The translations under genes and the position numbers were made by a program. A stretch of 48,214 nucleotides of DNA from an uncultured Burkholderiales bacterium (GTDB taxonomy: Bacteria > Actinomycetota > Acidimicrobiia > IMCC26256 > BP-133): assembly GCA_964502185.1 (NCBI GenBank), contig CAZCVW010000001.1, positions 1 to 48,214 on the forward strand, given 5' to 3'. This document shows, one piece after another, positions 18,763-27,227 of the stretch. The first letter of the stretch is position 1, and each line of letters starts with the position of its first letter. Below the pieces are notes generated by a model. That model worked only from the letters and a program-made list of their open reading frames with translations. It was not told the DNA's origin and searched no databases.

Positions 18763-18768
18763 GAGGCG

Positions 18769-19065
18769 TCAGGCGAGTCCAGATTCTCGGGAGGCCCGGA
18801 GGTCCGTCAGGAAGGCGTCAAGCTCCTCGTCCGACTCCCACACGTCGAGAGCGAGTTCGTTCAGCGACCGCAAGGGCCTCGCTGCGACGGTGCGCGCGAT
18901 GGCCTCGAGATCGGCATCTTGAGATGGCTCAACCTCGCTGGGTGGTTGCGTGCCACGGTTCTGCGTGTCGTCACCCAAGAAGCCAAGGATACGCCGGCGG
19001 AGGAAACCACCGAACGCTGCTGTCGAGGCGCTGACCGCGACGCAATTCCGGGCCCGAGGTGTCAC
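18769..19065 (-). CDS. VapB-like antitoxin
   Basis: The C-terminal LNELALDVWESDEELDAFLTDLRASR resembles actinobacterial PIN-partner antitoxins. The start is uncertain (19065, or a TTG at 18978). Confidence 0.45.
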   Translation of the reverse strand: MTPRARNCVAVSASTAAFGGFLRRRILGFLGDDTQNRGTQPPSEVEPSQDADLEAIARTVAARPLRSLNELALDVWESDEELDAFLTDLRASRESGLA

Positions 19066-19127
19066 ACCTCTTGGGTACCGTTCGTGGTGTGAGAGACACT
19101 CGTCGAGTCAGGCTCTGGTGCGGACCA

Positions 19128-19276
19128 TGAGCAGTCCCACGGCACAGCCCGGGAACCCTGCGGTCGCCTTCGATCTGCCGGAGGTCGACGGCGTCGACCT
19201 GCCCGCGGTTCTGCACGTTCCCAGCTCGGTGGCTTCGCTGGCGAAGCAGCCGCCGGTTCCCTCACCCGGCGCGTGA
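19128..19276 (+). CDS. possible small ORF (49 aa)
   Basis: ATG at 19128. Its TGA overlaps the GTG of the next ORF (GTGA at 19273-19276). Confidence 0.3.
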
Positions 19277-20686
19277 AAGCGGTGGCGTGCACCGCCCCTC
19301 TGCACGATCTCGAGGCGAACAAGGTCCGTCGCGGTGGGGAGCCCTGGGCAGGGCTGAACTGCTGGGAGCTCGCCTTCGTGGCGATCGACACGGTGGCCAC
19401 CCGCATGGATTTTGCTGCCGGCGTTCCCTACGAGGATGTCATTGCCGTCGTCGCCGCCCAGACGGAGCATCAGGTGCCGGGGTTGGGGGCGCCCCAGCGC
19501 CGGTGACGGCTTCGGCGCCGTATACGGCCGATGGACCGACGACGGCTATCAGGCTTTCGCCTGGCCGTTCAAGCTCCTGACCGAGCACCCCGCCGCCCGA
19601 TCCGATGTCTGCCTGCGGGCATCGGACGAGGCGATCAACGTTTTGGTGGGAGCACTCGACACCGACGTCGAATCGGCGCAGGTGGCGGCCGAGGCGAAGC
19701 TGCAGAACCTGATCGATCGCGGCCTTCTCGATGAAGCGGTGGCGACCGCCCAGGCCGCTCGCTACCTGACCATCCGCTATGCCGAAGCACTGCGGCGCGA
19801 GGTGGCCAATACCCGGCTGAACGTCGCCGACGTCGACTGGGCCGAGCGGGTGCCGGGCATCATCGAGGCGGCGCTCGATCACGTGCTCGCCCGGTACCGG
19901 TCCGAGCGTCACATCCTGGCCAATATCGCCGAGAACCGCGATGCCGCCACCGAGGCTCGACTCCGGGAGCGGGCCACCCACCTGATCGCGGTCGTAAAGG
20001 ACTGCGAGCGTCGCCATCAGGCGCTACACACGCGTCTGGTGACGATCCGGGGCGAGTTCCGCGACGCTCAGGATGACCTGCTGGCGCGGCCGCCGGCGGA
20101 CGTGGTGCGGGTCGACATCGAGCGGGGGTTGCTCCTCCCACTGCTCCGCCTTCCCGTCGCTGGGGCCGCCGGCCCGTTGCGACACTTCTTCACGCAGATG
20201 TCAGGCCCGGCGGACGTGGTCCTTGGCGATGTGGACCGGCTCCTCGATGAACTGGCAGAGCCTCAGGTTCGGGCCGACCACCTTGGCGCGGTCGTGGATG
20301 CGCCCGATCTGGCTGATCTCAGCCGGGAGGCGGTGTTCGACGATGCCACAAGGGATCTGGCCGAGGGGGCGCTCGCCGAGCTGGACGGGCCGACTCGGCT
20401 CTCGGCGGTGCTGGCTCGCGTCGCCGACGCAGTTCGCGACGCCGCGGGAGGCGACGACGATGACGGTGAGTGGACCGTAGAGCGGATAACTCGGACCTGT
20501 CACCTGGCGGCCCTCCTGGCCGTCCGGGCCTACGACCCGGACATCGCAGGGGCCCGCGCCGCCCGGCGGGACAGGGTCCTGGTGGCCCTGTCCGACGGGA
20601 CACCGCTGGAGACACCATGGGTGACGGGCGACCACCTCCTCGTGGTGCCCGCTCGGACGGCGAGCTCACCAGAGGCGGGGCGGTGA
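19273..20686 (+). CDS. large helical hypothetical protein (~470 aa if one frameshift near 19495 is bridged)
   Basis: ORF 19273-19506 reads as real protein to its end. ORF 19412-20686 reads as real protein only after ~19500. The junction lies in G/C homopolymer runs. Confidence 0.5.
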
Positions 20687-21241
20687 CGGGGGCGTTCGAC
20701 GCGGCAGCCCTCCTCCGTTACGCGTGGCTGCCGCGCCGGATGCCGGGCGGGGACGCGGAGTACGCCCGCCTCGTCCACCGCTACCTCGGAGAACCGGTCG
20801 TTCCAGGCCATCTGCGAGGAGATCGCCTCCGGGCTGGGGGCGTTCATCGTGGCTGTCGACCCTCGTGCCGGAATCGTTGCCTTCGCCGGAGACGACTCCC
20901 CGTTCGCGCTCACCGTCGGTGATTATGCCAAGCGGGCCGCCGGCTCGGACCCCCTCTGGGTCGTCCACGGCCCCGCCTTCGCCGCCGCCGCCCGCCTGTC
21001 GTTCCCACAGGCAGCGCATCTCGACTCCGTGGATCGTCAGCCCCGGGTGTCGGTGGCGGACGTCGATGAGTACCTGCGGCGGCTCTGCGCCCGTCTGGAC
21101 GAGGATTTCCGCGGCGAAGATGTCGACCCGCCCGCCGATCAGCCTGCGCTCGAACGGTCGTGGCGCGCCTCTCCCGTCGGACCGTCGATTCGGTGGAAAG
21201 GCCTAGCCGGAGAACGGTTCTTGTCCCTTGTCCCACAGTAG
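20683..21241 (+). CDS. hypothetical protein (~185 aa if a frameshift near 20790 is bridged)
   Basis: GTG at 20683 overlaps the upstream TGA. VTGAFDAAALLRYAWL...HRYLGE in one frame continues as NRSFQAICEEIASGLGAFIVAVDPRAGIVAF... in the next. Confidence 0.45.
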
Positions 21242-21266
21242 GTCCTGGGTACTGTCCAATTCGGTG

Positions 21267-21316
21267 CATTTCCGCAGGTCAGCGGTAGTGGTGGCGAGCC
21301 GGCCTGTACGCCGGAA
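21267..21316 (+). repeat. truncated unit C3 (a-box plus hairpin only)
   Basis: CATTTCCGCAGGTCAG (21267-21282) and GGTGGCGAGCCGGCCTGTACGCCGGAAA, with the hairpin at 21299-21314. The right half of the unit is absent. Confidence 0.75.
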
Positions 21317-21467
21317 AGTGTCCGGTGCCCAAAATGGCCACCTTCCGTAGGTTCTCGTTGCTTGGCCATGCTCATCGAAAGGGGCTTCTACGAGGGCTTA
21401 TAGATCAACGTTGATGTGACGAGGCTTATCACTACTTCTCACAGTGAGCGGTCGTTTTCCCGACTCT

Positions 21468-21489
21468 CGCTGACATTTCGCTGACATCG
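21468..21489 (+). repeat. Y double box CGCTGACAT x2
   Basis: CGCTGACATTTCGCTGACATCG is identical to 28088-28109. Confidence 0.8.
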
Positions 21490-21530
21490 AACCCCCGGGA
21501 GTTGGCCTCGGGGGCCCGTCGCGATGAAGC

Positions 21531-21597
21531 GGGGTTGTGGGCGGCCAGCAGGAAATGCCCGCTGGCGGCCAACAGTGACTGCCCAGTCACGGCCACC
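21531..21597 (-). repeat. left copy of a ~65-nt inverted repeat (H)
   Basis: The reverse complement GGTGGCC..CTGTTGGCCGCCAGCGGGCATTTCCTGCTGGCCGCCCACAACCCC matches 26556-26619. It contains a hairpin with a GGGCATYTCCT loop. Confidence 0.65.
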
Positions 21598-21743
21598 TCC
21601 TCACGCTCCGTGACGAATCGCGCGAAGGGAGAGCCTGTTGATCCCGCGGCCAAACGGCACTTATCTGGAGCCGGTAGGACGGTGTCGTCGATGTAGCTGA
21701 CGAGGGTTTTGGGCTTCGTCGTAGACGCGTTCTCTCGAATTGG

Positions 21744-21770
21744 GGGTTGACCTTGACGCGAGGTCAACCC
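21744..21770 (+). promoter_or_regulatory. perfect 10-bp dyad, candidate MerR-type operator
   Basis: GGGTTGACCT-n7-AGGTCAACCC ends 15 nt before the ABC ATPase start. A MerR gene lies downstream in the same block. Confidence 0.5.
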
Positions 21771-21784
21771 TTCAAGGTGGTCTC

Positions 21785-22597
21785 ATGACCACAACACCAG
21801 TCATCCGGATCGCCGGCTTGATGAAGTCGTTCGGCGATCTCGAGGTGCTGCGCGGCGTCGACCTCGACATTGCGCGGGGCAGCATCTTCGCTGTGCTCGG
21901 TTCCAACGGAGCCGGCAAGACCACCGTCGTGAAGATCCTCTCCACGCTGCTCAAGGCTGACGCCGGCAGCGCCGTGGTGAACGGGTTCGACGTCGCCACG
22001 CAGGCCACCGACGTGCGCGAGTCGATCAGCCTTACCGGCCAGTTCGCAGCGGTCGACGAGATCCTTACCGGCCGCGAGAACCTCGTTTTGATCGCCAAGC
22101 TGCGACACCTCGACCATCCGGGCTGGATCGCCGACAAGCAGCTCGACCGCTTCTCGCTCACCGACGTCGGGGGACGGAGGGTTGCGACCTACTCGGGCGG
22201 CATGCGCCGCCGTCTCGACATCGCGATGAGCCTGATCGGGAACCCGCCGGTGATCTTCCTCGACGAGCCGACCACCGGCCTCGACCCACACGCCCGCCTC
22301 GAGGTGTGGCAGTCCGTCCGCGAGCTCGCCCACGGCGGCACCACGGTCCTGCTCACCACGCAGTACCTCGACGAAGCCGAACACCTCGCCGACCGGATCG
22401 CGATCCTCCACGAGGGCCGGATCCTCGTCAACGGCACGCTCGCCGAGCTCAAGGCCCTGATGCCGCCGGCCCAGGTCGAGTACGTCGAGAAGCAGCCGAG
22501 CCTCGAAGACATCTTCCTTGCCCTCGTCGGCCGTCGCGCCGCTTCGGGAAGCGCCCTGAACGACATCGCGGCCGCCGCGGTCGCCACCGACAACTGA
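21785..22597 (+). CDS. ABC transporter ATP-binding protein (DrrA-like)
   Basis: Walker A GSNGAGKTT, signature YSGGMRRRL and Walker B VIFLDEPT. Confidence 0.9.
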   Translation: MTTTPVIRIAGLMKSFGDLEVLRGVDLDIARGSIFAVLGSNGAGKTTVVKILSTLLKADAGSAVVNGFDVATQATDVRESISLTGQFAAVDEILTGRENLVLIAKLRHLDHPGWIADKQLDRFSLTDVGGRRVATYSGGMRRRLDIAMSLIGNPPVIFLDEPTTGLDPHARLEVWQSVRELAHGGTTVLLTTQYLDEAEHLADRIAILHEGRILVNGTLAELKALMPPAQVEYVEKQPSLEDIFLALVGRRAASGSALNDIAAAAVATDN

Positions 22598-22606
22598 GGT
22601 TTGACG

Positions 22607-23365
22607 ATGACTCACTCTCTCCACGACACCACCACGCTCTTGGGCCGCTCCCTGCGTCACATCCTGCGCAGCCCGGACACGATCATCACCACCGCGATCA
22701 CACCGATCGTGATGCTGCTGATGTTCGTGTACGTCTTCGGCGGGGCGATCGACACGGGCGGCGTCACGTACGTCAACTACCTCCTGCCTGGGATCTTGCT
22801 GATCACGGTCGCGTCGGGGGTCGCCTACACGGCGTTGAGGCTCTTCACCGACATCTCCAGTGGGATCTTCGAGCGGTTCCAGTCGATGCCGATCGCCCGC
22901 TCGGCCGTCCTGTGGGGGCACGTGATCACCTCCGTGATCGCCAACCTGGTCTCGCTCGTCCTGGTCGTCGTCGTCGCCGTAGCGATCGGTTTCCGCTCAG
23001 GAGCCGGCGTCGTCGCCTGGCTCGAGGTGCTCGGCATCTTGGTGCTGTTCACACTGGCGCTCACCTGGCTGGCAGTGAGCGCCGGGCTCGTCGCGAAGTC
23101 GCCCGACGGCGCGGGAGCGTTCGCCTATCCGCTGTTGTTCCTGCCCTTCGTCAGCTCGGCGTTCGTGCCCACCGCCGGCATGCCCGGCCCAGTGAAGTGG
23201 TTCGCCGAGCACCAGCCGGTCACCTCGATCGTGAACACGCTCCGCAACCTGTATGCCGAACGGCCGCTCGGCAACGACTTGTGGACCGCCCTCGCCTGGT
23301 GCGTCGGCCTCCTGGTCGTCGCCTACGCGCTCGGCGTGCGCACGTATCACCGCAAGCTGGCCTGA
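22607..23365 (+). CDS. ABC-2 type transporter permease
   Basis: Six predicted TM helices. ATG at 22607 sits 6 nt after GAGG, directly downstream of the ATPase gene. Confidence 0.85.
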   Translation: MTHSLHDTTTLLGRSLRHILRSPDTIITTAITPIVMLLMFVYVFGGAIDTGGVTYVNYLLPGILLITVASGVAYTALRLFTDISSGIFERFQSMPIARSAVLWGHVITSVIANLVSLVLVVVVAVAIGFRSGAGVVAWLEVLGILVLFTLALTWLAVSAGLVAKSPDGAGAFAYPLLFLPFVSSAFVPTAGMPGPVKWFAEHQPVTSIVNTLRNLYAERPLGNDLWTALAWCVGLLVVAYALGVRTYHRKLA

Positions 23366-23403
23366 ACCGCCCGGCACACTGACTCGATGAACAGCGGTCT
23401 GAC

Positions 23404-24180
23404 ATGCTGACGATCAGCCAGCTCGCGGCCTATGCCGGCGTGACCGTGCGCGCGGTTCGCCACTATCACGCCAAGGGTTTGCTGCCTGAGCCCGAACGCG
23501 ACCAGTCGGGGTACCGGCGCTACGACGCGGCAGCCGTGGTCGAGCTGATCCGGATCAGGACGCTGGCCGACGCCGGCGTGCCGCTGTCGCGTGTGCACGA
23601 ATTGCTTGCGGCCGATGAGGAGGAGTTCGCCGCAGCCATCGAGGACATCGATCGCCGGCTGCGCGCCGAGATCCAGGAGCGCCAGTGCCATCAGGAACGT
23701 GTCGCCGAGCTGGCAGCCGGCGACAGCCTGGCCCTGCCACCCGAAGCGGTGGCCTACCTCGACCGGCTCCGCGAGCTCGACGTGCCGGAGCGGGCGATCC
23801 AGATGGAGCGCGACGCCTGGATCCTCGTGGCCGCGCAGATCCCCGCCCAGATGCCGGCGCTGATGGCGCTCAAGCGCGGTCAGATCGAGGACCCTGCCGT
23901 CATCGCGATCTACTTCGACCTCGTCGAGGCGGCCGACTGGGCCGCCGGTGATCCACGCCTGCCTGTAGTGGCCGACCGGCTCGTGGCGATGTTCGAGAAG
24001 GATGCCGAGTACTGGAGCGAGGACCAGGTCGCCGACTTCGCTCTCGACGACGATCTGGTAGCACTGCTCGACGAGGTGTTCGTCAACGCAGTACCGGTCG
24101 CCCGGCCGCTGCTCCGCCTCCTCGAGGAGCGCGGCTGGACCGGGTGGACCAAGCTGGAACGCATCCGCACCCCGTCGTAG
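23404..24180 (+). CDS. MerR family transcriptional regulator
   Basis: N-terminal MLTISQLAAYAGVTVRAVRHYHAKGLLPEP. Confidence 0.85.
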   Translation: MLTISQLAAYAGVTVRAVRHYHAKGLLPEPERDQSGYRRYDAAAVVELIRIRTLADAGVPLSRVHELLAADEEEFAAAIEDIDRRLRAEIQERQCHQERVAELAAGDSLALPPEAVAYLDRLRELDVPERAIQMERDAWILVAAQIPAQMPALMALKRGQIEDPAVIAIYFDLVEAADWAAGDPRLPVVADRLVAMFEKDAEYWSEDQVADFALDDDLVALLDEVFVNAVPVARPLLRLLEERGWTGWTKLERIRTPS

Positions 24181-24453
24181 CCGGGACCGGTCTGGAAGCG
24201 GACTGATGCGGCCCGAGTTCGAGGGGGCTGTTCACGCCAGCGGTGTCCTGCCGCGCAGAACGCAGCACGAACGACGACCGACCTCAACGGCCACCTGCGA
24301 ACAGATCCCCGCATCGGGTGCCCCCTACCGCCGGGAGTGCGCACCGCGTGAACCGTTCAGTCGTCGTCCGCGATGAGATTGGCTGCGCGCACCCGTCCAA
24401 CTGATCGTGAGTGTCCGCTAAGGGCGCCGGGGCTGCAGCAGGAGGAGTGCACC

Positions 24454-25275
24454 GTGAACTCGATGGCACGCCGGATGTTCGAGCTAGTCGAGCCGATCGG
24501 TGTCATCCCCTACTCAGCCGACGAACCCAACGAAGCGATGTTCGCCCTCGGGTTCACCAACTACTGGGACACCTACTTCGCCGGACGGGCGGCGCCCCTG
24601 GGCCTCGCCACAGCGGAGGTGGTGGACGCGCTCTTCTACAACTTCGCTCCCGGTGAGGTGGTCCGACACATTCCGAAGGTGTGGCGCACCACCACACCCG
24701 AAGCGGCGATCGCCGCTCGCCAGGCGGGCTGCGTGAAGGCGTTGAGGCGGATCCTCGGCGATCACGTCGACTCTCCCGGCTTCGCCCGCGCCGCTGAACT
24801 GTTGACCAAGGCCGCGACCAGCGCACCGTTCGAGGGCCGGCCCATGTACGCCGCGCTGCGCGCGATCCCGATCCCCAATGACGTGGTGGCCCGCCTCTCC
24901 CATGCCGCTTCCTTGCTGCGCGAGCACCGTGGCGACGGACACATTGCAGCTCTGATGATTGAGGGTGTCGGCGGCCTCGAGGCTCACGTCCTGGTCGCCC
25001 TCGACATGGGCATGCCCGCGGAGAAGTTCGGACGCATCCACCACCTCCCGGCGGCGCAGCTCGCCGCCGTAATCGACGGAATGCGCGATCGCGGCCTGAT
25101 CGGCGATGACGGTTGGCTCGGTGAACAGGGTGGCGCTGTCAAACAGCGGGTCGAGGCGCTCACCGACGACCTCGCGGCGAAGCCCTACGAAAGCCTCGAG
25201 CCGGGCGAGCTCGACGAGCTCATGGCCACGCTCGAGCCGCTCGCCGCGCTGCTACTCGCCGCCCAGGACTGGTAG
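24454..25275 (+). CDS. conserved actinobacterial hypothetical protein (SCO6745-like?)
   Basis: AGGAGG lies 8 nt upstream of the GTG at 24454. The family name is from memory only. Confidence 0.55.
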   Translation: MNSMARRMFELVEPIGVIPYSADEPNEAMFALGFTNYWDTYFAGRAAPLGLATAEVVDALFYNFAPGEVVRHIPKVWRTTTPEAAIAARQAGCVKALRRILGDHVDSPGFARAAELLTKAATSAPFEGRPMYAALRAIPIPNDVVARLSHAASLLREHRGDGHIAALMIEGVGGLEAHVLVALDMGMPAEKFGRIHHLPAAQLAAVIDGMRDRGLIGDDGWLGEQGGAVKQRVEALTDDLAAKPYESLEPGELDELMATLEPLAALLLAAQDW

Positions 25276-25397
25276 ACGCAGCAGCGACCGTTCTGTTCGC
25301 AACATTGTCTAGAGGGCTCTCGCCCACGGGATGATCGTCCATGGGGCGACCTTCCCGAAACGCCGGGACGGTGCGGGCGCTCGTCTCAGCGGGTCGT

Positions 25398-25739
25398 TTA
25401 GGCGCGCAGGACCTTTTCGATCGGTCTGCCCTTGGCGAGTTCGTCGACCAGCTTGTCGAGGTAGCGGATCTTCTGCATCAGCGGATCGTCGATGGTCTCG
25501 ACCCGAACGCCGCACACGACCCCGGTGATCGACGAAGCGTTCGGATTCAGCCGCGCCTCGGCGAAGAACGCCTCAAACGTCGTGCCCGCCTCGAGGCGCT
25601 CCTGCAACGCGGGCCGGTCGTATCCGGTGAGCCACTCGATCACCTGGTCCAGCTCGGCCTTGGAACGCCCCTTGCGCTCGACCTTCGCCACGTAGTGGGG
25701 ATAGACGTCGGAGACGCTGGTCGTGAAGATCCGGTGCAC
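25398..25739 (-). CDS. DUF2200 family protein
   Basis: 113 aa. [40 protein letters not shown] is a typical DUF2200 start. Confidence 0.7.
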   Translation of the reverse strand: MHRIFTTSVSDVYPHYVAKVERKGRSKAELDQVIEWLTGYDRPALQERLEAGTTFEAFFAEARLNPNASSITGVVCGVRVETIDDPLMQKIRYLDKLVDELAKGRPIEKVLRA

Positions 25740-25855
25740 CGATCCGAGGCTACAGCCACGTCGCGCAGGACAGCATCACGACCGCGTCCGTCGCTCAACG
25801 GACACTCGCCTCCTGCCCCAGAACGCCGGGTGCGCGCGATGGGGTTCTCCTCCGC

Positions 25856-26350
25856 TTAGCTCTGCGCCTGGTCGGCCAGATCCTTGAGGAACCGCGGCAT
25901 CCGGCCGGCGCCGAAGTCGTAGAAGCGCACCCAAGACGGCGTGATCGCGATCCGAGCCATCTGCGGGTACATCCTCCGGCAGTTCGCCTCGAAGGCTACG
26001 GCCGCCTCGGTGTCCATGTTCTTGCGTGCGGCCATCAGGTATTCCTCGACCACCCCCTCCACGATCTCGACCTCCGCCCGCCCGCGCACCGACAGTGCCC
26101 GCGCGGCGCCGGGCGAATCGCCGGCGTCGATGGCCAACGCAACGTCCGTACGGGCCGACAGCGCAGCGACTTTCGGCGAGGTGGTGGCCGTCGAGATCAC
26201 GAACTCCTCCCCGGTCCACCAGAACCCGACCGGGATCACCCGCGGCGTCGCGTCGGACCCCACGTACGCGAGGTGCGCGGCCGAGGTGGCCGCCAGCAGC
26301 TCCTGCGCACCAGGCGTGTTCAGTTCGGCGTCGATCTCGTGCCGTTCCAT
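25856..26350 (-). CDS. pyridoxamine 5'-phosphate oxidase family protein
   Basis: 164 aa with a PNPOx-like split-barrel signature (AHLAYVGSDATPRVIPVGFWW...). Confidence 0.75.
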   Translation of the reverse strand: MERHEIDAELNTPGAQELLAATSAAHLAYVGSDATPRVIPVGFWWTGEEFVISTATTSPKVAALSARTDVALAIDAGDSPGAARALSVRGRAEVEIVEGVVEEYLMAARKNMDTEAAVAFEANCRRMYPQMARIAITPSWVRFYDFGAGRMPRFLKDLADQAQS

Positions 26351-26555
26351 CGTCGTCTCCTTCGGTTATGGCGTGACCATCGTCGTCGCGTTCCCACCGG
26401 GGACGACACCGATCACGGATCCTCGACATCCTGCCGCCGCCCCGCCCGAATCGCGCCGTCGACGAATTTCGTAGGGCGCCCTGCGACTGCCCCCTACCGC
26501 CGGTACCACGACAGGTGAGCGTGGGTCGAGTCCGGCGTGGTCGGCTAGGCACCGT

Positions 26556-26619
26556 GGTGGCCACACTAAGGAACCTGGTGGCCGCCAGTGGGCATCTCCT
26601 CCTGGCCACCAACACGGGG
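26556..26619 (+). repeat. right copy of the ~65-nt inverted repeat (H)
   Basis: GGTGGCC..CTGGTGGCCGCCAGTGGGCATCTCCTCCTGGCCACCAACACGGGG, inverted relative to 21531-21597. Confidence 0.65.
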
Positions 26620-26637
26620 TCCCTGCCTCGGCAGTCC

Positions 26638-26684
26638 CGGCCCGGGCAGGATTCGAACCTGCGGCACACGGTTGAGGAAACCGG
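26638..26684 (-). other. tRNA 3'-half fragment (anticodon arm to acceptor end), att-like relic
   Basis: The minus strand reads cCGGT-TTCCTCA-ACCGt gtgcc GCAGG-TTCGAAT-CCTGC CCGGGCC g, with a perfect T-arm and a CCT in the anticodon position. No matching 5' acceptor or D-arm lies upstream. Confidence 0.5.
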
Positions 26685-26738
26685 TCCACCGACAGGTGGT
26701 TGACGTCCCCCGTTCCTTGGCCTGACTAGCTTTGCGCC

Positions 26739-27227
26739 ATGCGGTGGGATGTGGGCAGGACCGCCATGCAGTTCCTCATGGAGCGCAACCGGATCGAGCC
26801 GATCGCGGTCTCCGATCCGGAATCCGATTGCGGGGCCCTGCTGAACCGGGCCAAGAAGCGTCTGGCGACGGCCAACGCGGCGCTCGTTGGCGAAGACAAC
26901 GAAGGCGCCTTCGCCAATGCCTACGACGTCTACCGGATGGGCGCCGAGTGCCTGCTTTTACGGCAGGGCTTGCGGGCGACGGGCGGAGAGGGGTCGCACA
27001 TGGCAGTGGAAGACGCGGTGGCGGCCCAGTTCGGGGACGCGGTCAAGGAGTACGCAAAGCCGCTGTTCCAACGGTTCCGTCAGGGCCGGCACGCGTCGCA
27101 GTACTTCGATCCGTCTCTGCCGGAGAAGACGCAGGACGACGCCCGCTGGGCGGTCGAGACGGCCGAGCGCGCGCTGCGCGGAGTTGAGGACGTTCTGGCC
27201 TCGGGTGGGCTTGGCCTTTACGGCTGA
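26739..27227 (+). CDS. HEPN domain protein (SAV_6107-like)
   Basis: 162 aa, helical, with an R-x5-H motif in FQRFRQGRHASQYF. Confidence 0.65.
   Translation: MRWDVGRTAMQFLMERNRIEPIAVSDPESDCGALLNRAKKRLATANAALVGEDNEGAFANAYDVYRMGAECLLLRQGLRATGGEGSHMAVEDAVAAQFGDAVKEYAKPLFQRFRQGRHASQYFDPSLPEKTQDDARWAVETAERALRGVEDVLASGGLGLYG

Noticed and set aside
19273-21241. Naming the 19-21 kb genes JetA/JetB (Wadjet) or MksF/MksE.
   Set aside because: Only a faint DUF4194-like signature was seen by eye, no SMC-type ATPase or Toprim partner is present, and the N-terminus of the large protein does not resemble DUF3375 as I remember it.
26600-26720. A complete tRNA gene on the minus strand.
   Set aside because: The T-arm, variable loop and anticodon arm fit. 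The expected 5' acceptor strand (GGCCCGG) and a proper D-arm are absent, and position 37 would be a pyrimidine. It is treated as a 3' fragment only.
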